Part shown: positions 13,476 to 26,500 of the stretch, piece after piece | How the letters are laid out: every line of letters starts with the position of its first letter | How positions within the stretch are numbered: the first letter of the stretch is position 1 | Source of the DNA: Eledone cirrhosa | Taxonomy: Eukaryota | Direction of reading: 5' to 3' | Assembly: GCA_964016885.1 (NCBI GenBank) | Contig: OZ024760.1 | Location: 32,488,001-32,552,000 of the forward strand | DNA: 64,000 nucleotides | Notes under the pieces: generated by a model | The model's input: only the letters and a program-made list of their open reading frames with translations | What the model was told of the DNA's origin: nothing | Databases searched by the model: none | Translations under genes and position numbers: made by a program

Positions 13476-15600
13476 CTTGGGTAGGGAAGATGCATGGGGA
13501 TTAGGGAGGTAGATCTAAGGATGTGAGTGAGAGGGTGGGGTGTTAGGACGTGGGAGATGTATGGAAGAGAAAGGAATGGAGGAGAAGGTGGTGCATACTA
13601 CGGGGAATGTAAAACCAGTAACTGCATTATTTCACATTCTCAGCTAAAGTGAATTGGTGTTAGCAATGGTATTAAATGCCAGTCTGTTAGCAATGGTAAA
13701 CTGTGGTAGCAATGGTATTAAATGGTAAACTGTGTTGGCAGTGTAATTAAATGGTAAACATAGATGTATGTAAAATGATTCCATGTTAAATACGAAACCA
13801 ACATTCCATACTCTCAGCTTGGAAGATCTTTATTAGAGCAGGGGGAGCGTGTTAGAAAAATATGTATGTGTGTGTGGGGAGTGTGTCAGCATATGTGTGC
13901 ATGTGAGCGCATGTGTGAGTGTAAGTGTTACAGCCTTTCCTCTAGATACACTGCTTCAAAAATCACATTACCTAAAGCATCTTTGTTTTACTTAAATAAA
14001 TACTGTAAGCAGTAGAGTGTATTTTAATAGATTTGGCTGCTGTTTCTAACAGACCACAAAAAGGCTCTGGTTTCTGGCCCGTGGTTGTAAACGACTAGAA
14101 AAAACTTGGTTGATTTCTTGGTTCAGTTTTTCTTCTTTTTTTTCACCCCCTGAACAATTTACATCATTATTCCCACCATCACTACCACCACCATCACCAC
14201 CACCATCACTATCACCACCTCCATCACTATCACCACCACCATCATCTCACCCACCACCTCCATCAGTACCACCACCACCATCTCACTACCCCCTCCTCCA
14301 TCACCACTACAGTCCTCATTCAACTATAATTTACTATAATAACCTTATTCTTTCTCCTCTTTCTAAGTATATATCTCACTCTCTTTCTAAATATATATAT
14401 GTAAGTGGTGAGGGATGTGTATATATATATATATATACACATATACACATATATATATATATATCCCCACCTCTGGGCGTTGTTTATTATAATTTATATA
14501 AAAAGGTCAAAACAATTTTCCCCCAACTTCACAAAGACATCAATGGCCAACTCAGAAGCCCCCCCCCCCCTAAAGGCAGCTATTAACTTATTTAACAAAA
14601 GAAAAGGTCCTTGTTAGTAGCAAGGTGTTAATATCACAGCTATAGGACTGAATACTGGGTCTTTTGTATCATTTCTGGTGCATTCTGACCAATCTCTATA
14701 GACCAGTGTTTTCCAAACTTATCTTATAGTGGAACCCTTATGCAATTTTCTAAAAAAAGAGCAAAAACACAATAGAACCCGTACCTATATTTTAGGGTCA
14801 ATTCCCTCTAATCCAGTTTTAATTAAACAGATCAGGCATTATTTTCTGACGGCTGAGCTCCGGCCATTTTGACCTACGAAATGGCCAGAGCTCAGCCGTC
14901 GAGGTCCTGACTCTTTTCCTATATATATATATATATATATAATGTGTGTGTGTGAGAAAAACCACAAACCCTTCATCTCAATTCTACTTTTGAAAAGCAT
15001 AAGAACTGTGAAACCCGTAAAGGAAACAAATAAATATTCTTAAAAAGACTCCAGTTGCATTTTCGATTTCATCTTTTTTCCTTATACTTTCACTCGTGTA
15101 GGACATCTCGTTTTTTTTTTTTTCATTTAAAAAAAAATTAAATTTTATTAAGACATTTTATCTCACAGAACCTACTTTTAAGAGACAATAATCTAAATAT
15201 TCCTCTAGCTATATTTAAGTCTTATTAGGTTGTTATTTAACACTATCCTGTTATTATTTAACACTATCCTGTTATTATTTAACACTACCCTGTTATTATT
15301 TAACACTACCTTGTTATTGTTTAACCCCAGCTCTCTTCTGATCCAGCAGGTCCACCTCTGCAGCCCCAATCATTCTATCTTACGTAATCTTTAGGGCTAC
15401 ATTATTCACTCTGCACCACCTTTGGTGAGATTAGGGGCTCCAAAACTGGTGAGATTAAGTTAGTGGGCAAGGAGGTGTGTGGAAGATATCCTCAAGCTGG
15501 GAACCTGGCCTCAATTCTTGCAACTGCAATTAAGTGCCAAGGAAGTAGTGTTAAACCCGGGTGACTGAAAGGTTAAACTATTATTTTTCTTGTTTGTAGG

Positions 15601-15759
15601 ATGGATTCATTTTATGGGGAGAACTCCTACCCTCCAGGACTCTCCAATAAACCCAGCATGTGGTCTGACAGCTACCTTGATATGCAGCCTTACAGTTACC
15701 CCTACACCAATATATGTAACAAGGAAAACATTGATGACTGCGTCATACATTTAAACAAG
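15601..15759 (+). CDS. SSX2IP: SSX2IP/ADIP homolog, coding exon 1
   Basis: tgtAG|g ATG; MDSFYGEN...[16 protein letters not shown] (cf. FCTEENIEQSISYLDQ); AAG|GTAACC, phase 0. Confidence 0.85.
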
Positions 15760-15789
15760 GTAACCTTTTATTTTATTTCACCAGGGAAT

Positions 15790-16712
15790 TGGTGTGTGTG
15801 TCTGTCTGTGTGTGTGTGCGTCTGTGTGTGCGCGTCTGCATGTGCGTCTGTCTGTGTGTGTGTGTGCATCTGTGTGTGTGCGTCTGTGTGTGTGTGTGTG
15901 CGTCTGTGTGTGTGTCTGTGTGTGTGGCCGCCTGTGTGTGTGTGGAGGTGGTGCTGCTTGTAAGGATGAAGATTGTGTGTAGCTGCCTCTCTATGTGATG
16001 GTGATGGTGCTGCTTGTAAGATTGTGGTTGTGCATACGTGAATGCCTGTCTCTGTATGTGTGGCTGTGTGTAAATGTGTGTCTGTGTGTGTGTAAATGTG
16101 TCTGTGTGTGTAAATATGTGTCTGTCTGTCTGTGTGTGTAAATGTGTCTCTGTGTGTAAATGTGTGTCTGTGTGTGTAAATGTGTCTGTGTGTGTAAATG
16201 TGTCTGTCTGTGTAAATGTATGTGTGTGTGTAAATGTGTCTCTGTGTGTGTGTAAATGTGTCTGTCTGTGTGTGTGTAAATGTGCCTGTGTGTGTAAATG
16301 TGTGTCTGTGTAAATGTGTCTGTCTGTGTGTAAATGTATGTCTGTCTGTGTAAATGTGTCTGTCTGTGTGTAAATGTATCTGTGTGTGTAAATGTGTCTG
16401 TGTGTGTGTGTCTGTCTGCGTGTGTGTAAATGTGTCTGTCTGTGTGTGTGTACATGTGTGTCTATCTGTGTGTGTGTAAATGTGCCTGTGTGTGTGTGTG
16501 TAAATGTGCCTGTGTGTGTGTAAATGTGTGTCTGTGTGTGTAAATGTGTGTCTGTGTGTGTGTAAATGTGTGTCTCTGTGTGTAAATGTGTGTCTGTCTG
16601 TGTGTAAATGTGTGTCTGTCTGTGTAAATGTGTGTCTGTGTGTGTGTAAATGTGTGTCTGCGTGTGTGTAAATGTGTGTCTGCGTGTGTGTAAATGTGTG
16701 TCTGTGTGTGTA
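15790..16712. repeat. (TG)-rich repeat (tgtaaatgtgtctg)
   Basis: Visible. Confidence 0.9.
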
Positions 16713-17183
16713 TTGTAGTTAAATAGATGTTGCTTCTCCTGAAATAACAATCTAATCTCTACAATATATAGAAGAGAGAAAACATGTATATATATATCAA
16801 TATATATATATATTGGTATATATACATGTTTTCTATATATTGTAGAGATTACCTATATATATATATTCAGTTTGGATCTAGCTGTTGAAATGGCAGGAGC
16901 TCGGCCATCGGGATTCAACATTTTTTCATATATATATATATATATTCTCTATCTTTTATATTCCACAACCAGCTCCTATAGAACATGTGTGTATATATAT
17001 ATATATATGTATATATATACACACACTCTCTCTATATATATATTCTATCTTGCAGCTCCTACAGAATATGTGTGTGTGTATATATATGTATATATATATA
17101 TACACAGACATACACACACACTCTCTCTATATATATACTCTACTATTGCAGCTTATACAGAACATGTGTGTATATATATATAT

Positions 17184-17527
17184 ATACAATATGTTGAAAA
17201 GGTAACACACTAGAGAGAGATAGTGTGCTATCAATAAAACAGAGAAAACCACCAGTGTATGGAATCTATAATCTATGGAAGGCAGGGTAGACACACGATA
17301 ATTAAAAATATAAATTAAAGTGTATATACGCACCTCTATAACTATATAACACACACGTACAAATCCAAAGAGATCTGTTTCGCCAAGAAGTTGTTGACTG
17401 AAATGGAATAGCCCATGGTTCATCAGCGCGTGCAAGACTATACATTCCAGACAACTCTAAGAGAATCTCTTGTTTTATTGATGGCACATTATCTCTCTCT
17501 AGTGTGTTACCTTTTCAACATATTGTA
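17184..17527. mobile_element. Fold-back non-autonomous element carrying a hammerhead
   Basis: ~60-bp inverted arms tacaatatgttgaaaaggtaacacactagagagagat... / ...atctctctctagtgtgttaccttttcaacatattgta, next to (TA)n. Confidence 0.7.
17351..17433 (-). ncRNA. Type I hammerhead ribozyme
   Basis: Reverse complement: gcacgcg-CTGATGA-acca...tggc-GAAA-cagatct ctt(t) ggatttg-TA-cgtgtgt; stems I and III pair; first pair of stem II is an A.C mismatch. Confidence 0.75.
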
Positions 17528-17712
17528 TTTTAAAGAGCTCGGGATTCCTTTTCCTTTGAGCACATTATTGACAGGGAATAGCGAGAGTCTATGGCTCCGT
17601 TAATTTATCGTGATATATATATATATACAATTATATATATATATATATATGTATGTATACATATATATTGTATATATATATACAATTATATATATATATA
17701 TATATATATATA

Positions 17713-18034
17713 TCATCATCATTTTACGTCCGCTTTTCTCTGCTTGCAAGGGTGGGACGGGAACTGATTCTGGCTTGATTTCTACAGCTGGATGCCCTTC
17801 CTAACACCAACCTCATTTACAGTGAGTGCTGGGTGCTTTTTTGCCGTGACACCTCCACGACCACTTTGCAGTGGAATGATAGGGACCCCAGTCCAATCAT
17901 CTCATTTCTACAGCTGAGTAAACTGGAGCAATGTGAAATAAAGTGTCTTGCTCAAGGAAACAACACATCACCCGGTCTGAGAATTGAACTCACAACCTTT
18001 CGATTGCAAGGCCAATGCTCTAACCACTAAGCCA
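17713..18034 (-). mobile_element. Full-length tRNA-SINE with RTE-derived 3' tail
   Basis: tRNA head (A/B boxes), then RTE-like UTR (gctggatgcccttcctaacaccaacc) and (TGA)n tail; near-identical copy at 46753-47087. Confidence 0.85.
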
Positions 18035-18216
18035 TATATATATATATATATATATACATGTTCTGGATGAGCTGCAAGATAGAGTATATAGAGAGAGAGT
18101 GTATATATGTATACACTCTCTCTATATATATATACACTCTCTCTCTCTATATATATACTCTCTCTCTATATATATATACACTCTCTCTCTCTGTTGCAGC
18201 TCCTACAGAACATGTA

Positions 18217-21200
18217 TCATCATCATCAACGTTTAACGTCCGTGTTCCACGCTTGCATGGGTTTGGACGGGGCTTTTCCCACTTGAGGCAAGAGTGATTG
18301 TCTTGCTCGCATAGGACTGTCTGGCGGGTTTTCTACAGCTGGATGCCCTTCCTAACACCAACCACATTTACAGTGTGGGGCTGGGAGATTTTTACCGTGT
18401 TGCCTACACGGCCACATTACAGCGTGGACTGTGTGTTTTTTTGTCGTGACACCTACACGATCTCATTTGTTTCGGCCTGGATGTTGTGGCACCAACATAA
18501 CTTTACATTGAAGGGGCGGTGTGGATGGGGTGGGGGTGGTGGGACGGGGGTGTATTTTGTTAGAGATGCCTACTGACTGTAGTAGGTTTTACTTTGTATT
18601 TAGGTAAGGCGGGTCTTCTCTATTACTGAGTACCGCCAAAGGTCTCGGTCCAGTGACATTGTCTTGGAGAGGTGTAAGTGTGTGAGGTCGGAATTTATCA
18701 GCTCGTCCCAGGTTTTTTTGGGTCTGCCTACTCCGTAGCTACCGTCTATCTTTATTGCCCTGCACTTTGTTATACAGCTGTCGTCTTTCATGCGCATCAC
18801 GTGACCATACCAACGTAGCCTTCTCTCGAGTAAACATCTGATCCCTCTTATTTCTAATTTTTTCCTTAGTTCGCTTATGCTTTGCCGTTCACGTATGTTA
18901 CTATTACACATCCAGCGGAGCATGCAAGCTTCGTTCCTCTCTAGTCTGCGTATATCCTCTGCACACAATGCCCAGGTCTCACTGCCATGCAAGATTGCTG
19001 TTCGTATGCAGGCATCATACAACCTGCCTTTCATTCTTAGGGCGAACCCTTTAGCAGCTAATAGTGGTATAAGCTCTCTGAACTTTTTCCAACCAGTGCT
19101 GACTCTAGCTACTGTACTTTCAGAACACCCTCCCCCACTGCTGATTTTGTCACCCAGGTAATGGAAGCTGTCCACTATTTCTATAGAACCCTCTGCGCAA
19201 TTGAAAGAGCTAGTATTTTGTGGGCACTTGCTGCTACTTATTGCACCATGTTTGGAATTTCTTCTCTAGCTCGGCGATTGATTCAGATATGAGCGTTAGA
19301 TCATCTGCGTATAGGAGTTCCCATGGGCAGCCGGTCTTGAACTCCTCTGTTATAGCCTGAAGGGCAATAATAAATAGTAGGGGGCTAAGAACAGAGCCCT
19401 GATGGACACCAACTTTTACGCTAAACTCTTCACTATATTCGTTGTTAATTCTAACCTTGCTGACTGTTTCTTTATACATGGCTTGTATAGCTCTCACAAG
19501 CCATTCGTCAACACCTAGTTTTCTAAGAGCCCACCAGATAATGGAACGGGTGACTCTGTCGAAGGCTTTCTCCAAGTCAACAAAAGCTAAGTATAGGGGT
19601 TTACTTTTAGCTAGGTACTTCTGTTGTTGTCGTACAATGAAAAGAGCGTCTGTGGTACTTTTGCCTGACACAAACCCGAACTGCATTTCATCTAGATCAA
19701 TTCTCTCTCTGATTAGTTGCGCTATTACCTTTTCCGTGACCTTCATGACCTGGTCGATTAATTTAATGCCTCTATAGTTACACCTATCTAGGGCATCTCC
19801 TTTACCCTTGTAACAGTTAATGATGATGCTGCTACGCCAGTCCTTCGGAACAACCCCATTCTGTATGACTTGGTTTACTATCCGGGAGACCATGGTGTGT
19901 CCCACCGTTCCAGAGGCTTTCAGCATCTCAGCAACTATTTCCGAAGGCCCAGCCGCCTTACCCGCCTTCATATCTTTGATTGCCTTACTTATTATACTAC
20001 CTTCGACTAACACTGCTGGTCCCTCTATTGGGTCGATGTGGGGGAGACTGTCTTTCTCCCATTTATTCTCCTCATTTAGAAGCCTTTCGTAGTGACACTT
20101 CCAAGCTACCTTCTTATCAGCGTCAGTGATGGCAAGTACGCCTTCATCATTAAGTAAACACTTCTCCCCGACAATATCACGGTTTTCCTTGACACATTGC
20201 CTAGCAATCCTGAACACCTCACGTTTTGGTCCTCGCGTTGTAGAACATGCTTGAACTTTCTTTCCTCTGCTTCCCTTCTTGCGAAGTACACTTGTCTCCT
20301 AGCTTCCCTCCTGGCCACTTGATAGTCTTCTCTACTTCCCCCATCCAGCCATACTTTCCAAGCCTGCTTTTTGGCCTTAATTGACTCCTCCACCTTACTG
20401 TTCCACCACCATGTTACTCTCCTCCTACCTACAGGCCTGCTCCAGCCACAGACTTCGTCTGCCGCCGTCAGCAGGTTTGCTTTCAGGAATTCCCACTGTT
20501 CCTCTATATTATATGACTCTAATTGCTCTTCCTTACTGTCGAAAGCATCAAGTAATATGCTTTGAAATTTATTTCTGGCTGTGGGGTCCTTTAGCTTCCA
20601 TATTTTTCTCCTGAGGATAATCCTCTTCTGCTGTCTAGTACGTCTCGTCCTGACTATGAGGTCGCTAATTATCAGTCTATGTTGGGAGGTGCATTCTTCA
20701 TGGGGGAGGGATTTAGTGTTAACAACAGACACTCTGTCACGTCTTCTGGTAAGGATATAATCTACCTGGCTTGTGTGTTCCCCCGATCTATAGGTGATCA
20801 AGTGATTGTCTCGTTTTTTGAAGTTAGTGTTACAGATAGTTAGGTTATTTGCGTCACAGAATTCCAGGATTCTGGAGCCTTCCTCATTTCTAGTACCGAA
20901 CCCATAGCCTCCATGGATTCCGTCATAGCCGTCACAATGTTGTCCAACGTGACCGTTTAGGTCGCCTGCAATAATTATATAGTCACTGTCGGTTATTTGG
21001 GAGGTAGCGAGCATCAGTGTCTCATAGAATCTGTCTTTTATAGCGCCGGGCAGTCCGGATTGGGGTGCGTACGCAGATATTACTGTCACCGTAGTTCTAT
21101 TTAGGACAAGTCTTATTTTAATTATTCTGTCGTTCACTCTATTTACATCTATTATCTTATTTGCCCACTTTTCTGCTACCATGATTCCTACTCCACCCAG

Positions 21201-21469
21201 CCCATTGTCATTTCCCACCCAGAAAAGCTTATAGCATCGTTCTTTACCCATGATGAATCTAGCAGACCCTCCCCTCCACCTGGTCTCTTGAATACAACAA
21301 ACATCGACCTCCTTACGTTCAAGCATTTCTACAACCTCGTTAGAGCGACCCTTTAAGGTGCCTACATTCATGGTACCAACTCTGAAGTTTTGGATTGCGT
21401 TTGGAGGGTGGGAGCGGGGGGGATAGCGAAGTTGGGGTTATGTTAGCCATCCGCGGCCGAAACAAGGAG
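18217..21469 (-). mobile_element. Near full-length RTE-clade LINE (APE + RT), frameshifted
   Basis: APE 20106-21371 (NVGTL, IQETRW, YAPQ, GDLNGHVG, VDYIL, SQHRL); RT 19234-20217 (NYRGI, FVDLEKAFD, GVHQGSVLSPLLF, YADD); C-term 18600-19175 (RLRWYGHVMRM, GRPKKTW); (TGA)n tail. Confidence 0.95.
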
Positions 21470-21539
21470 TATATATATATATATATATATACTCTCTATA
21501 TACACTCTCTCTATATACACTCTCTTTCTCTCTCTCTCC

Positions 21540-21629
21540 ACACACACTCTCTGTTGCAGCTCCTACAGAACATGTATATATATATATATACACATACACT
21601 CTCTCTCTCTCTATATATATATATACACA

Positions 21630-21660
<31 letters not shown>

Positions 21661-23100
21661 CATTCTCTCTGTTGTAGCTCCTACAGAACATGTGTATATA
21701 TATATATATATATATATACACTCTCTTTGTTGCAGCTCCTACAGAACATGTGTATATATATACACTCTCTCTATATATACACTCTCTATATATACACTCT
21801 CTCTGTTGCAGCTCCTACAGAACGTGTATATATATATATATATATATACACTCTCTCTATATATACACTCTTTCTGTTGCAGCACCTACAGAACATGTGT
21901 ATATATATATATACACTCTCTCTATATATACACTCTCTCTGTTGCAGCTCCTACAGAACATGTGTATATATATATATACACTCTCTCTATATATACACTC
22001 TCTCTGTTGCAGCACCTACAGAACATGTGTATATATATATACACTCTCTCTATATATACACTCTCTCTGTTGCAGCACCTACAGAACATGTGTATATATA
22101 TATATATACACTCTCTCTATATATACACTCTCTCTGTTGCAGCTCCTACAGAACATGTGTATATATATATATATACACTCTCTCTATATATACACTCTCT
22201 CTGTTGCAGCTCCTACAGAACATGTGTATATATATATACACTCTCTCTATATATACACTCTCTCTGTTGCAGCTCCTACAGAACATGTGTATATATATAT
22301 ACACTCTCTCTATATATACACTCTCTCTGTTGCAGCTCCTACAGAACATGTGTATATATATATACACTCTCTCTATATATACACTCTCTCTGTTGCAGCT
22401 CCTACAGAACATGTGTATATATATATACACTCTCTCTATATATACACTCTCTCTGTTGCAGCTCCTACAGAACATGTGTATATATATATATATACACTCT
22501 CTCTATATATACACTCTCTCTGTTGCAGCTCCTACAGAACATGTGTATATATATATATATATATATACACTCTCTCTATATATACACTCTCTCTGTTGCA
22601 GCTCCTACAGAACATGTGTATATATATATATACACTCTCTCTATATATACACTCTCTCTGTTGCAGCTCCTACAGAACATGTGTATATATATATATATAT
22701 ATATACACTCTCTCTATATATACACTCTCTCTGTTGCAGCACCTACAGAACATGTGTATATATATATACACTCACTCTATATATACACTCTCTCTGTTGC
22801 AGCTCCTACAGAACATGTGTATATATATATATATATATACACTCTCTCTATATATACACTCTCTCTGTTGCAGCTCCTACAGAACATGTGTATATATATA
22901 TATATATATACACTCTCTCTATATATACACTCTCTCTGTTGCAGCACCTACAGAACATGTGTATATATATATACACTCACTCTATATATACACTCTCTCT
23001 GTTGCAGCTCCTACAGAACATGTGTGTATATATATATATATATATATACACTCTCTCTATATATACACTCTCTCTGTTGCAGCACCTACAGAACATGTGT
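21540..23100 (+). repeat. ~57-75-bp minisatellite whose unit is the exon-2 3' splice site plus exon start
   Basis: ~23 copies of ctctctgttgcAG c(t/a)cctacagaacatgtgtata(ta)n cactctctctatatataca; the last copy runs into unique coding sequence; degenerate copies at 16970-17170 and 18190-18216. Confidence 0.95.
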
Positions 23101-23213
23101 ATACAAACAGTGAATGATATCTCAGACATTACAGTTCCTCTCGTTAACATCTCGTTTGATTTACTGAAACGAATTCAACAAGATAGCAAATATCGAGAAG
23201 AACTGGAATCAAA
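23083..23213 (+). CDS. SSX2IP: SSX2IP coding exon 2
   Basis: ttgcAG|HLQNMCIQTVNDISDITVPLVNISFDLLKRIQQDSKYREELES AA|GTAAGT; phases 0/2 fit the neighbours; acceptor choice ambiguous. Confidence 0.8.
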
Positions 23214-23554
23214 GTAAGTTAACTGGGGGTGGTGGGGATGGTACTTGTGGTGGGGATGGTACTTGTGGTGGAGATGGTACTTGTGGTGGGGATGGTACTT
23301 GTGGTGGTGATGGTACTTGTGGTGGTGTTGTTGGGTTTTTTTTTAACTCTTTTTTTTTTTACCCTCTTTATACAAACCTGCCCCAAACTTTAAAGAGTTC
23401 CTATTTAAATTAAAATCTTCCCACATAATTTTATGTGGGAACCATTTGTCAGGTTTCTGTCTTGGTAATGAAATGATTAATAATTTTAGTAAATCCCTTG
23501 AAATTCTTCATTAATTAATTAAAATGACTCTTTTATTAAAAATTGTGTCACAAA

Positions 23555-26500
23555 AGGGTCAGATTGGTTGGGAGTACAACATATGTCAATAGAAGGGTTG
23601 AATTAGTTGGGAGTACAACATATGTCAGTAGAAGGGTTGAATTAGTTGGGGAGTACATACATATGTCAGAAGGGTTGAATTAGTTGGGAGTACAACATAT
23701 GTCAGAAGGGTTGAATTAGTTGGGGAGTATAACATATGTCAGTGGAAGGGTCAGATTGGTTGGGAGTACAACATATGTCAGTAGAAGGGTTGAATTAGTT
23801 GGGGAGTACAACATATGTCAGTAGAAGGGTTGAATTTGTTGGGGAGTACAACATATGTTAATAGAAGGGTTGAATTAGTTGGGAGTACAACATATGTCAG
23901 TAGAAGGGTTGAATTAGTTGGGGAGTACAACATATGTCAGTAGAAGGGTTGAATTAGTTGGGGAGTACAACATATGTCAGTAGAAGGGTTGAATTAGTTG
24001 GGGAGTACAACATATGTCAGTAGAAGGGTTGAATTAGTTGGGGAGTACAACATATGTCAGTGGAAGGGTTGAATTAGTTGGGGAGTACAACATATGTCAG
24101 TAGAAGGGTTGAATTAGTTGGGGAGTACAACATATGTCAGTGGAAGGGTTGAATTAGTTGGGGAGTATAACATATGTCAGTAGAAGGGTTGAATTAGTTG
24201 GGGAGTACAACATATGTCAGTAGAAGGGTTGAATTAGTTGGGGAGTACAACATATGTCAGTGGAAGGGTTGAATTAGTTGGGGAGTATAACATATGTCAG
24301 TAGAAGGGTTGAATTAGTTGGGGAGTACAACATATGTCAGTAGAAGGGTTGAATTAGTTGGGGAGTACAATATATGTCAGTAGAAGGGTTGAATTAGTTG
24401 GGGAGTACAACATATGTCAGTAGAAGGGTTGAATTAGTTGGGGAGTACAACATATGTCAGTGGAAGGGTTGAATTAGTTGGGGAGTACAACATATGTCAG
24501 TGGAAGGGTTGAATTAGTTGGGGAGTACAACATATGTCAGTGGAAGGGTTGAATTAGTTGGGGAGTATAACAGATGTCAGTAGAAGGGTTGAATTAGTTG
24601 GGGAGTACAACATATGTCAGTGGAAGGGTTGAATTAGTTGGGGAGTACAACATATGTCAGTAGAAGGGTTGAATTAGTTGGGGAGTACAACATATGTCAG
24701 TGGAAGGGTTGAATTAGTTGGGGAGTACAACATATGTCAGTGGAAGGGTTGAATTAGTTGGGGAGTACAACATATGTCAGTGGAAGGCTTGAATTAGTTG
24801 GGGAGTACAACATATGTCAGTGGAAGGGTTGAATTAGTTGGGGAGTACAACATATGTCAGTGGAAGGGTTGAATTAGTTGGGGAGTACAACATATGTCAG
24901 TGGAAGGGTTGAATTAGTTGGGGAGTACAACATATGTCAGTGGAAGGGTTGAATTAGTTGGGGAGTACAACATATGTCAGTAGAAGGGTTGAATTAGTTG
25001 GGGAGTACAACATATGTCAGTAGAAGGGTTGAATTAGTTGGGGAGTACAACATATGTCAGTAGAAGGCTTGAATTAGTTGGGGAGTATAACATATGTCAG
25101 TAGAAGGGTTGAATTAGTTGGGGAGTACAACATATGTCAGTAGAAGGGTTGAATTAGTTGGGGAGTACAACATATGTCAGTAGAAGGGTTGAATTAGTTG
25201 GGGAGTACAACATATGTCAGTAGAAGGGTTGAATTAGTTGGGGAGTATAACATATGTCAGTAGAAGGGTTGAATTAGTTGGGGAGTACAACATATGTCAG
25301 TAGAAGGGTTGAATTAGTTGGGGAGTACAACATATGTCAGTAGAAGGGTTGAATTAGTTGGGGAGTATAACAGATGTCAGTAGAAGGGTTGAATTAGTTG
25401 GGGAGTACAACATATGTCAGTAGAAGGGTTGAATTAGTTGGGGAGTATAACATATGTCAGTAGAAGGGTTGAATTAGTTGGGGAGTATAACAGATGTCAG
25501 TAGAAGGGTTGAATTAGTTGGGGAGTACAACATATGTCAGTAGAAGGGTTGAATTTGTTGGGGAGTACAACATATGTCAGTAGAAGGGTTGAATTAGTTG
25601 GGGAGTATAACAGATGTCAGTAGAAGGGTTGAATTAGTTGGGGAGTACAACATATGTCAGTAGAAGGGTTGAATTTGTTGGGGAGTACAACATATGTCAG
25701 TAGAAGGGTTGAATTTGTTGGGGAGTACAACATATGTCAGTGGAAGGGTTGAATTTGTTGGGGAGTACAACATATGTCAGTAGAAGGGTTGAATTTGTTG
25801 GGGAGTACAACATATGTCAGTGGAAGGGTTGAATTTGTTGGGGAGTACAACATATGTCAGTGGAAGGGTTGAATTTGTTGGGGAGTACAACATATGTCAG
25901 TAGAAGGGTTGAATTAGTTGGGGAGTACAACATATGTCAGTAGAAGGGTTGAATTTGTTGGGGAGTACAACATATGTCAGTGGAAGGGTTGAATTAGTTG
26001 GGGAGTACAACATATGTCAGTAGAAGGGTTGAATTAGTTGGGGAGTACAACATATGTCAGTAGAAGGGTTGAATTTGTTGGGGAGTACAACATATGTCAG
26101 TGGAAGGGTTGAATTAGTTGGGGAGTACAACATATGTCAGTAGAAGGGTTGAATTAGTTGGGGAGTACAGCATATGTCAGTGGAAGGGTTGAATTAGTTG
26201 GGGAGTACAACATATGTCAGAAGGGTTGAATTAGTTGGGGAGTACAACATATGTCAGTGGAAGGGTTGAATTTGTTGGGGAGTACAACATATGTCAGTGG
26301 AAGGGTTGAATTAGTTGGGGAGTACAACATATGTCAGAAGGGTTGAATTAGTTGGAGAGTACAACATATGTCAGTGGAAGGGTTGAATTTGTTGGGGAGT
26401 ACAACATATGTCAGTAGAAGGGTTGAATTAGTTGGGGAGTACAACATATGTCAGAAGGGTTGAATTAGTTGGGGAGTACAACATATGTCAGAAGGGTTGA

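Noticed and set aside
16754-16850. AT-rich palindrome around a (TA)n centre
   Set aside because: Likely a local fold-back duplication at a TA microsatellite; no functional motif seen.
16897-17600. Alternative exon 2 candidates (cag|gagctcggc at ~16897; ELGIPF at ~17535)
   Set aside because: No suitable donor or phase, and they run into TA repeats; the 23083 exon already supplies the homologous segment.
21395-23117. 572-aa and 475-aa ORFs
   Set aside because: Translations of the acceptor minisatellite; only the end of the 21727-23217 frame is supported as coding.
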